This document shows positions 11,771 to 22,900 of a stretch of DNA of 56,355 bases, one piece after another; position 1 is the first letter of the stretch; each line of letters opens with the position of its first letter. A model generated the notes under the pieces. It was not told the origin of the DNA and did not search any database. It saw only the letters and a program-made list of their open reading frames with translations. This DNA comes from Octopus bimaculoides (Eukaryota): the NCBI RefSeq assembly GCF_001194135.2, contig NC_068983.1:121507873-121564227 (forward strand). The letters are read 5' to 3'. The translations under genes were made by a program, and so were the position numbers.

Positions 11771-12537
11771 GTGGTGTTGTTGTTGTTGTTGGCACTCCGT
11801 CGCTTACAACGTCGAGGGTTCCAGTTGGTCCGATCAACGGAACAGCCTGCTCATGAAATTAACGTGCAAGTGGTTGAGCAGTCCACAGACACGTGTACCC
11901 TTAACGTAGTTCTCGGGGATATTCAGCGTGACACAGTGTGACAAGGCTGACCCTTTGAAATACAGGTACAACAGAAACAGGAAGAAAGAATGAGAGAAAG
12001 TTGTGGTGAAAGAGTACAGCAGGGTTCGCCACCATTCCCTGTCGGAGCTTTGTGGTGTTTTCGCTCAATNNNNNNNNNNNNNNNNNNNNNNNNNNNNNNN
12101 NNNNNNNNNNNNNNNNNNNNNNNNNNNNNNNNNNNNNNNNNGTGGTGTTGTTGTTGTTGTTGGCACTCCGTCGCTTACAACGTCGAGGGTTCCAGTTGGT
12201 CCGATCAACGGAACAGCCTGCTCATGAAATTAACGTGCAAGTGGTTGAGCAGTCCACAGACACGTGTACCCTTAACGTAGTTCTCGGGGATATTCAGCGT
12301 GACACAGTGTGACAAGGCTGACCCTTTGAAATACAGGTACAACAGAAACAGGAAGAAAGAGTGAGAGAAAATTGTGGTAAAAGAGTACAGCAGGGTTCGC
12401 CACCATCTCCTGCCAGAGCCTCGTGGAGCTTTAGGTGTTTTCGCTCAATAAACACTCACAACGCCTGGTTTGGGAATTGAAACTGCGATCCTATGACTGC
12501 GAGTCCGCTGCCCTAACCACTGGGCCATTGCGCCTCC
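11771..12537 (-). mobile_element. SINE family A, present twice across a 72-N gap (11771-12069 partial, 12142-12537 full)
   Basis: Reverse complement of family A; CAGTGGTGT occurs at both outer flanks (TSD-like). Confidence 0.85.
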
Positions 12538-13080
12538 TCCAGTGGTGTATGGTGGTTGTCGTCATTGGGTGTTCTGCCACACTGACCATTCTATGAGTAA
12601 CATTAGTATTACTCAAGTTAGATATACAAATTGTGAATTTTTATTCAAAGTTCAGGAGCCAAAATGTAAATAATGTAAACTTAATTCAATTGGGATACAG
12701 ATATATGTCACTAAAGTAAACTGAATTAATAATAACCTATAAATTGTAAGCATTCTAAAATAAGCCATGATTTTCTTATGCACACACACTGAAAAATAAG
12801 AAACCATATAATTTTACTTACTTAAATTATTTATATGTAATTTCTCTTCTTCTTCTTTGAGATGTAAAATGTTTAATAACCTCATCAAAATTCATTATTG
12901 AAATATAGTGAAATTTAAAGAACAACTCGTCAATTGTATTTATAAATGCTTTTTATCATTGCATAATGATAATACATGAAATAGTTTTTTCACAAAAATA
13001 TTTCTCCAAAATCAAATTATTCAAATTTATGAAAAACTTCCGCTTGGCTATATAGGCCTCTCGCAGGTTACAGTTTAGAC

Positions 13081-13319
13081 TGTGAAATTCTTAAATTTTG
13101 TTACTAATCAGTATATAATCACTGGAAATCAAATTAAAAGCATGTATTTCTGTGGCTGGAAAAGCATTTAAGATCAACACTAATTAAATTTTAAATAAAA
13201 TGCCTTTAAAATTTAATTAGTGTTGATCTTAAATGCTTTTCCAGCCACAGAAATACATGCTTTTAATTTGATTTCCAGTGATTATATACTGATTAGTTAC
13301 AAAATTTAAGAAAATCACA
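13081..13319. repeat. Long inverted repeat: 115-bp arms (13081-13195 / 13205-13319), 9-nt loop
   Basis: The arms are reverse complements with only 3 mismatches by eye; loop TAAAATGCC. Confidence 0.95.
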
Positions 13320-13629
13320 AAATTCATTGAGCAAAATATCAACGCACAACCTTTCAGAATTTGACCTGACTTAAGTTTTGTTTCTGACTTCTAAAATTGT
13401 ATTATTAGTTTTGAAAACAAATCAAGATCAAAGTTATACGATGATATTGTAAGAAAAAAATTATTAAAAAAAATATTAGTGTTTTCTTTATGAATTTGAA
13501 CTGAATTTAAACGTACAACTTCTCACCATGAAAATGACTATGTGGCCATGCTGTCAAAGCTGTCGCACACCCTTTTCCATTAATGTTTTGGCATTCTCCC
13601 ATTATCCTATGATATGCCAGTACCATATT

Positions 13630-13842
13630 CTTTTCTACTCTAGGCACAAGGCTTGAAATTTTGGGGGAAGGAGCCAGTTGATTAGATCAACACCAGTACA
13701 CAACTGGTACTTAATTTATCAACCCAAAAGGATGAAAGGCAAAGTCGACTTCGGCGGAATTTGAACTCAGTACGTAAAGACAGACAAAATACTGCTAAGC
13801 ATTTCGCCTGGCATGCTAACGTTTCTGCCAGTTCCCTGCCTT
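13630..13842 (-). mobile_element. SINE family C (~215 bp) with 17-bp target-site duplication
   Basis: TATGCCAGTACCATATT at 13613-13629 and 13842-13858. Minus-strand head with A-box-like GGCAGAAACGTTAGC and B-box-like GAGTTCAAATTC. Confidence 0.9.
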
Positions 13843-14369
13843 ATGCCAGTACCATATTATGACACAATGCACTGTGAGGTGTGCAGTGTTATTTCAAGAC
13901 ACCTGACACCAAATTTAAAGCAAGGGTACAACAGTTTTCCATTATGATTTGTGATTAAATTAATGAGTAAAGTTAATATTTATAATGAATTTGCCAGCTA
14001 AGTTCCCAAGGAAAATGTTGTCTGTAAATGGTAAAGGAAAAATATAATTTACTGAGAGAAATAACTCAACTTTCAGCCTTGACAACTCTCCCACTCTCTC
14101 TGTATCACCACCAATCAATCTTTCTCCATATATTTAAAATACTATTTGACTCACACTCTCTCTGTATATGTAATTAACTCCAATGCAGAACTCTACTTTT
14201 GTTTAAAACCTTGCCTTCTAATATTTGCTTTCATTTTGTGATATACAGCTTATCACACACTAAATGCTTAGCTTGCAAATTCTGTTTGCTGATTGAGTAA
14301 AAATGCTCTTTAAACCTCTGTAACATTTTTCTCAAATTTTTCTCGAATTAATGAATCACAAACTCTGTT

Positions 14370-14757
14370 TGGTAAGTAGCTTGCTTACGAACCACATGGT
14401 TCCGGGTTCAGTCCCACTGCGTGGCACCTTGGGCAAGTGTCTTCTACTATAGCTTTGGGCCGACCAAAGCCTTGTGAGTGGATTTGGTAGATGGAAACTG
14501 AAAGAAGCCCATCGTATATGTATACATATATATATATGTATGTGTGTGTCTATGTTTATGTGTCTGTGTTTGTCCCCCCAACATCGCTTGGCAACCGATG
14601 CTGATGTGTTTACATCCCCGTAACTTAACGTTTCGCCAAAAAAGACTGATAGAATAAGTACTAGGCTTACAAAGAATAAGCTCTGGGGTCGATTCACTCG
14701 ATTAAAGACAGTGCTCCAGTATGGCCACAGTCAAATGACTGAAACAAGTAAAAGAGT
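14370..14757 (+). mobile_element. SINE family B
   Basis: Colinear with other B copies; head slightly truncated. Confidence 0.85.
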
Positions 14758-14940
14758 AATACATCAAATTTGAAAATTTTCATTTAATTTTAAGATTTAA
14801 AAATCAGTGACAGCAAGAGAGAGGATCTTCTTTCCTTTACCATCTCTTTCATTTTCTGATGTTAAACTTTCTCACTCCCTATAAAAGTATATCACTCACA
14901 TTGAGTGTGTGTATGTTTGTCAGTGTGTGTGTATGCATGT

Positions 14941-15328
14941 GGAGGCGCAATAGCCCAGTCTTTAGGGCAGTGGACTCGCAGTCATAGGATCGCGGTTTCG
15001 ATTCCCAGACCGGGCATTGTGAGTGTTTATTGAGCGAAAACACCTCAAGCTCCACGAGGCTCCGGCAGGAGATGGTGGCGAACCCTGCTGTACTCTTTCA
15101 CCACAACTTTCTCTCACTCTTACTTCCTGTTTCTGTTGTGCCTGTAATTCAAAGGGTCAGCCTTGTCACACTGTGTCACGCTGATTATCCCCGAGAACTA
15201 CGTTAAGGGTACACGTGTCTGTGGAGTGCTCAACCACTTGCACGTTAATTTCACGAGCAGGCTGTTCCGTTGATCGGATCAACTGGAACCCTCGACGTCG
15301 TAAGCGACGGAGTGCCAACAACAACAGA
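14941..15328 (+). mobile_element. SINE family A with 11-bp TSD
   Basis: TGTATGCATGT at 14930-14940 and 15329-15339. Confidence 0.9.
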
Positions 15329-15774
15329 TGTATGCATGTAAGGAGTTTCTTTAGGGCGACAGATTTATTTAAAAAAGGTATGTAAAAGATCATTTATTTT
15401 AATAGCATGCTTTTCTGTTAGTAAAAAGATTTTTTTTTTACATACACACACACATACTTGTTTGATGCCGAATGGGGTGGGTGGGTTAAAGATTTAAATA
15501 ACAAATTGTTTGGTTGTTGTTTAGATCCCAGCAATGGACAACCACATCATCATTCCACTAAATGTGTTCATGGGGAGAAAGATATAGAAAAGCATCAATA
15601 CCTGTCAGAGTGACAACGAAACAAGTAAGGTACCAGGTGGTTGCGGGATGTGCTAGAAACAACAGCTAAATCTCCCTTAAGTTACACCATTACATCTGAA
15701 AATTATTTTGGAAATTTTAGGACTTATAGGGTAGAGGTGAGGTTAATGAAAAAAAAAAAAAAAATTTAATTTCG

Positions 15775-15918
15775 TGACTGTGTGGTAAGAAGCTTGCTTC
15801 CCAACCACATGGTTCCAGGTTCAGTCCCACTACATGGAACTTTGGGCAAGTGTCTTCTACTATAGCCTCAGGCTGACCAAAGCCTTGTGATTGGATTTGG
15901 TAGACGGAAACTGAAAGA
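15775..15918 (+). mobile_element. SINE family B 5' half, running into gap
   Basis: B head and body up to GGAAACTGAAAGA, where the internal microsatellite normally begins. Confidence 0.8.
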
Positions 15919-16469
15919 NNNNNNNNNNNNNNNNNNNNNNNNNNNNNNNNNNNNNNNNNNNNNNNNNNNNNNNNNNNNNNNNNNNNNNNNNNNNNNNNNN
16001 NNNNNNNNNNNNNNNNNNNNNNNNNNNNNNNNNNNNNNNNNNNNNNNNNNNNNNNNNNNNNNNNNNNNNNNNNNNNNNNNNNNNNNNNNNNNNNNNNNNN
16101 NNNNNNNNNNNNNNNNNNNNNNNNNNNNNNNNNNNNNNNNNNNNNNNNNNNNNNNNNNNNNNNNNNNNNNNNNNNNNNNNNNNNNNNNNNNNNNNNNNNN
16201 NNNNNNNNNNNNNNNNNNNNNNNNNNNNNNNNNNNNNNNNNNNNNNNNNNNNNNNNNNNNNNNNNNNNNNNNNNNNNNNNNNNNNNNNNNNNNNNNNNNN
16301 NNNNNNNNNNNNNNNNNNNNNNNNNNNNNNNNNNNNNNNNNNNNNNNNNNNNNNNNNNNNNNNNNNNNNNNNNNNNNNNNNNNNNNNNNNNNNNNNNNNN
16401 NNNNNNNNNNNAAATTTTAGGACTTATAGGGTAGAGGTGAGGTTAATGAAAAAAAAAAAAAAAATTGAC

Positions 16470-16905
16470 AAAATCGGTACTGGGCGAGGAAGGGAGGTTG
16501 AAAATAAATTGCTAAATTTAAAAAAAAAAAATCATTCAAAGCTACCTCCGCCCATCATCTACAAGTGTGTGATGAAAAAAATTTGAAAAATCCCTGTCAA
16601 AATGGAGAAAATCAAATTTATGTGGTTGTGCTTTCCGAAAGTCTGCTAAGGCATTCTAGTGTGAAAATCAACCGGCAACGACGGGATATTCAGGTAGTGT
16701 AAACGTACATATGTATATATCGAGGAGGCGAAGGAGAGATAAAAGCAAAGAGTGAGGTAAATCACGTACAACCCAGTCATGAGACTGCAGACTTTTAACA
16801 CCCTCCACTCTTATTGATACACCACAGCTGACCTGTGAAACCAAACGAGGATTATCTCCTCTTATTACTGCCTTAGAAGCTCGTGCAGAAGTTACAGTTG
16901 AAACG
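16470..16905 (+). promoter_or_regulatory. Putative ACADVL promoter / 5' UTR region
   Basis: Non-repetitive, relatively CpG-enriched segment directly upstream of the ATG, with GC-box-like CCGCCC near 16548. The TSS cannot be determined from sequence. Confidence 0.4.
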
Positions 16906-16976
16906 ATGTTTCTCTTAGGACATTTCGCTCGCCAAGCCTTGAGACGTCAACTTTATTTTAAAACACAGACACCATG
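16906..16976 (+). CDS. ACADVL: ACADVL exon 1 (mitochondrial presequence [23 protein letters not shown])
   Basis: ATG 16906; Arg-rich with no acidic residues; donor TG|GTAAGG, phase 2 matching exon 2. Confidence 0.75.
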
Positions 16977-19900
16977 GTAAGGGAATATCAATATATAGAT
17001 CTACAAAGCAACAGCTGATTTTTGTTTTCTTTCCACGTATTCTTGTCGATCTAAACTGTTTGTTTCGTTTTTCATTTCTTTTCTAAATCACACTCGTATT
17101 GATAAACACTCGAACAGGATTGTTTATTGTGAGTTCAAGAACTGGGACACTTCTAACCGCTCTGGTTTTATTCTTTTGGGTTTTTTTCTGATTAATTTTT
17201 ATATTGTTTCGTAGAATCATTGTTTGATTTTACTACTCCTTTTGAAATTATTCCCTCTTCCACTTTTTACATTCTTCGTTTTCCCGTCTTTTGTTTTACT
17301 TATACTGTTGTTATATGAATCAGACAGAGTACTGAGTGTCTTGCAGAAGTTATTGCTCAGTCACATTCATGATGAATACCCTTATAATTTAAGTTAATGC
17401 CACACCATTAAGAACCATTACTGTTAGTTAGAATCACACCCTTTATAAACACTAACACATTAGGTAATCATTCGCTTCTGTGTTGTGACAGACACTACCA
17501 CACGAAACGGAAACCAATACTACTAATATCAAACACCCAGACTCATAATTCGATCTGATTTAAGTAGATACTGGTCTAGTGGTAAATATACACCCTAACA
17601 ACACTTCATCTGGTTGTGCGATGGTTCTGTTTTTCCTCACGCTAAAGAGATTATGAAATGTATATGTTAAGTACTTGCGTACTTGTTTACTGTCAATCTA
17701 TAAAATTTTGACACTTGTCTGTTTTTCCAATTCAAACGAAGACGAAGAGTAAAAGAAAATATAATAATTGAAGCCAGTGTTGTTGGTCTAAATGGCTTAG
17801 TATGTGTAAAACTAACATATACCTGTTTTTATTACCAATGACTAAATGTATATATTTCTTTCTGTTTGTTCCAGCCTTGTTCCAGTCACTTCAGTCAACA
17901 CATCGAAATGTCGAGCTCAGTCGACTCAAGCAAAGGTACGTTTTTATTTGATTAATTAATTGATCATATAGCTTAACGTTTTATCCGAAGCTTCAGATCT
18001 CACGGCTCACTAACTTGTTTTATAAACTTTTGTCAACAGTGTTTACTCGCCGCACACAATTATTAATTAACTTGGTTTCCAGTTTACTTACATTTCTTCT
18101 TTGAACTTTTGGTACCCATTAAGGCGACCAGGTTGTTCTTGGGGCACTGGTTGGCATGGAATGATTAAATTTAATATTTCTTATCATAATAATGACTTTT
18201 CTTCTTTAAAAAAAAAACAAACAAACCCAGTTAACTGGTAATTTAAACCAGATTGGGTAAAAAGAAAAAAAAGCATTTGTTTATTTTAAAGTAAATAATT
18301 TTGTTTATATTGGCAGGGAAGGGTTAAAAAGAGTAACCAAGCCCTGTTTTTAGATTTGCTTTGTTCTTTTGAGTATGGTTGAAGTCAGATGTAACGTTGA
18401 TAACAGAATGTCAGGAAACTGTTATGATTAAAAATAAAATGAAAAAATATATTGAAAATAGTCTTTCTAATTCAATGAGTTTTTTGTGTGATACTTGATA
18501 GTGTAATATTTAACGTATGTCTCCCAGGGGAATCAACTATCAACACCAGTGGCCCAAGAAGGACAGTGTCCATGACCTTTCATGTTTACACGTTTCTTTT
18601 TTCTTTTTTAAATATACAGCTTTTATTATCAATTTTAAGCTTAGATATAATAAATTTGGTTTTAATCATTATAAATATCTACAAAAAAAAGTCTGTTTCG
18701 TTTATGTAATTAATAATGTTCCATAATAAAATAAAATATGTTGCTTTTAGTTTTATTATATAATCTCACCTTCACACATTAAAATTCTCTAACATCCCAT
18801 CAAAATAATTGAAATGCTTCTTCGGACATAAATGAACTTTTGATCATCACTATCAAACATTTAAACCCTTCGACAAGTTTAGAGCAGTACATTTTTTTAT
18901 TTACGTAAGGTATGTTTGTACATGCGTGTGTGTGTGTGTGTGTATGTATGTTGTGGCCTACTGAGGTTTCGTAGCAACGTCTTCTTTTTTTTTTTTTTTT
19001 TTTTTTCATTCACGGAATAACATCCAGTGAATATTCGATATACTATATTTTGTATTCTGTAAGATGATATAAGAATGAATATAAATCGACCCAGTTCTTG
19101 ACTGATACTTTAATTTACCCACGCGCAGAAGGATGAAAGTAAAGCCGACTCCTATAGGATACCATATTAGTAAGGTTCTAGATAAACACCCACAATTTCA
19201 TATCCGAATTTTGACAAAATGTGACAATCAGAATTTCGAAATTTGGTTATTTTGAAAACACAATTGCTTTCAATCTTGTTTGTTCACTACGTCCTTCTTT
19301 CTCACCCCACCCCTCTCTCCCTTCCCTTCTCTCACACTCCCTCTCTCTCACACACACACATACACACGTTTCATTTTATACTCTCTATTTGGTCTATTTG
19401 ACATATTAGGTGACTTCACTTCCATGATTCACACATAAAGCGCGACGGGCCACAATCGTGGTCCAGATAGATGCATTTCATTTATGGGCGTTTGTTGGGT
19501 CTAATGTAACTCAAACGCTCCCAACTAATGACTTTTCAGATGATGTTATAGGAAAGTTGGTTATACATCATTAGATGTATACCTGACTTTCCTATATAAA
19601 ATTAGAAATTAAACGGAACGCTGAACTCCAGACTATCAACTTAAACAACATTTTATTTAGGTGGTAAATATATACATCTTTAGCTCTTGTTGTTACAGCT
19701 TCTATGTATGTGAGTATAGTTGTTGGGACGTTGTTATGTAGATGTGAGCGAGCTGTCGAGTGTAAGTCCGAAAGATGGAGAGTGACAGCTATACACGTAG
19801 AGAGACTGTCTCCAGGTTGCAATGTCAGAGACACTGCTTGACACGTCCATGCTCTATTGCTGGCCAGCAAGAAAGAGAATGAATTGAGCGGGAACGCTTG

Positions 19901-22900
19901 NNNNNNNNNNNNNNNNNNNNNNNNNNNNNNNNNNNNNNNNNNNNNNNNNNNNNNNNNNNNNNNNNNNNNNNNNNNNNNNNNNNNNNNNNNNNNNNNNNNN
20001 NNNNNNNNNNNNNNNNNNNNNNNNNNNNNNNNNNNNNNNNNNNNNNNNNNNNNNNNNNNNNNNNNNNNNNNNNNNNNNNNNNNNNNNNNNNNNNNNNNNN
20101 NNNNNNNNNNNNNNNNNNNNNNNNNNNNNNNNNNNNNNNNNNNNNNNNNNNNNNNNNNNNNNNNNNNNNNNNNNNNNNNNNNNNNNNNNNNNNNNNNNNN
20201 NNNNNNNNNNNNNNNNNNNNNNNNNNNNNNNNNNNNNNNNNNNNNNNNNNNNNNNNNNNNNNNNNNNNNNNNNNNNNNNNNNNNNNNNNNNNNNNNNNNN
20301 NNNNNNNNNNNNNNNNNNNNNNNNNNNNNNNNNNNNNNNNNNNNNNNNNNNNNNNNNNNNNNNNNNNNNNNNNNNNNNNNNNNNNNNNNNNNNNNNNNNN
20401 NNNNNNNNNNNNNNNNNNNNNNNNNNNNNNNNNNNNNNNNNNNNNNNNNNNNNNNNNNNNNNNNNNNNNNNNNNNNNNNNNNNNNNNNNNNNNNNNNNNN
20501 NNNNNNNNNNNNNNNNNNNNNNNNNNNNNNNNNNNNNNNNNNNNNNNNNNNNNNNNNNNNNNNNNNNNNNNNNNNNNNNNNNNNNNNNNNNNNNNNNNNN
20601 NNNNNNNNNNNNNNNNNNNNNNGTTTGAAGAGGTACGCTTTTACAGACAATCGACAGACAAATCTCTGTACGACCATTAGCGAAAACCTCGAAGAAAAAT
20701 TTTCTTAACCCAAGATGAAAAAACGACCGTGCGAACTCAAAAAAGGAGAAATGGTGACGAATGGAAAAACAGAGGACTCCTTTTATTTAAACGCGTCACA
20801 CGGTCGAACACCAAAATATATATCAAAGATGATATACAAGTAATTATGTTATACTACGGTAACATAGATTTCGTAAATACCAGTAATGAGACAATAGAAA
20901 AGACAACCGTATGAAATGAATAACAAGAGTTATTGTGTGGCATAAAAGATGTATGTGTATGTGAGAGTGTGAATGTGACATATAGGAACATAATAAAAAA
21001 AAACAGGCCGTCTATATGTATGTTAGATATCACAGCAGAAAGAAAGTCAGAACACGTGAGAGTTTTATACCAAGTTTTTTGAGTACACAATTGGAAAGTC
21101 GCAGGCTGTAATTCTTGTCTGTTTGTCGAGAGTGGAAAAATCCACTCTAACAGAGGCGAGAATAAAAACCGCGCTTGTTGAGTCATGTTGACTATGGTTG
21201 GAGATGTTGGTGGCGTAGTAAGTCGTGTTGGCCATGACGATGATGCTGGTTAGTAGTTCAGTCTCCATGGCCGCATTTGTTCTTTAGTCGGGTTCACCAG
21301 TTATAAGTTGGTAGTCCAGAGTCCATGCTGCGTTTGTTTCTTCGTCGAATCACCACTTTATAAGAAAGTGGGTTATTGCAGCTCAGCGGGCTGCGTGTTT
21401 GAATCACGTCGGGGGTCACCAGTATAGGAAAGTTGGTTATTCAACATTAGATGTATACCTGACTTTCCTATATAAAATTAGAAATTAAACGGAACGCTGA
21501 ACTCCAGACTATCAACTTAAACAGCATTTTATTTAGGTGGTAAATATATACATCTTTAGCTCTTGTTGTTACAGCTTCTATGTATGTGAGTATAGTTGTT
21601 GGGACGTTGTTATGTAGATGTGAGCGAGCTGTCAAGTGTAAGTCCGAAAGATGGAGAGTGACAGCTATACACGTAGAGAGACTGTCTCCAGGTTGCAATG
21701 TCAGAGACACTGCTTGACACGTCCATGCTCTATTGCTGGCCAGCAAGAAAGAGAATGAATTGAGCGGGAACGCTTGCTTGTTTAATTCCACGCATGCACA
21801 CGGCGTTACTACAATGTAAAACTTGCCACCATTATATAATAATAAGATATTTTAACTATTTTTTTTTTGTGTGTGCAATGTTGTCTCATTTTCATAAAAT
21901 GTGCTCAGCAGTCAATGCTATGTAAGTGCAAATTTCAGCACTTTATGGGTTAATCACAACTTCATGTCACTAATTCTATTAAGTGTTGTAAACTATTTTC
22001 CCATTCTCCTATAGTTACATTTCCAGCTTTTATTAAGATTTTAACTTTATTTCCTGCTAACGCTGACCACTCTCTATATTTAGTAGACCACCACTGTTGG
22101 TGCATTCATTTGATTGTAAACTTCATTTCATTGAGTCCTTCGTCCTAATTATATGTAATATAAACCCTACTTAGTGGTGTGAAGTTTTTTAGTTACAGAT
22201 TGAGTGTAGGAATGGCTTCATGATTAAGATGTTTACTTCATAATATTGCAATTCAAGGACCAATCCCAGTTCGTCACTTCTTAGGCAAATGTTTGCTACT
22301 CTAACCTTCATTTGATCTAAGATTTTTGATTGAAATTAGATAGACAGAAGTTGTACGGATACCCATTGGATGAACAGTACCTGTTGTTCTTGGTAAGCTT
22401 ACTCTATTGCCCTGCTTAACTGTCATATGGCCCTTGTATGCTGTTAGTGAAATCTGCTTTGTTGCTAGCATTTGGATCAAGTCTTCTGTCTGAAGACAAC
22501 CCAACCCATGAGTTAAAGTGTGGTTCCTTTCTCTATTTCCCCTACAAGTCTTGGAGGGTCTCCGTGCCGGTGGCACGTAAATAGCACCTGCGTGATCGTT
22601 ACCAACGTCACCTTCCTGGCATTTGTGCCAGTGGCACGTGAAAAGACATTCGAGCAAGATTGTTGCCAGCGCTGCTGGACTGGCTCCTGTATAGGTGGCA
22701 CGTAAAATACACCATTTCGAGTGTGGCCGTCACCAGTACCGCCTGACTGTCCCTCGTGCTGGTGGCACGTAAAAGCACCCACTACACTCTCGGAGTGGTT
22801 GGCGTTAGGAAGGGCATCCAGCTGTAGAAACTCTGCCAAATCAGATTGGAGCCTGGTGTTGCCTCTTGGTCCACCAGTCCTCAGTCAAATCGTCCAACCC

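Noticed and set aside
13527-13606. WPHSHFH as a copper-monooxygenase H-x-H motif (DBH/MOXD-like gene)
   Set aside because: A single short motif; no other exon with monooxygenase similarity was found. Kept only as part of the low-confidence minus-strand transcript.
22572-22775. Regularly spaced short repeats resembling a CRISPR array
   Set aside because: Eukaryotic context; repeats are ~10 bp and degenerate, and the 'spacers' recur in other copies of the same LINE tail.
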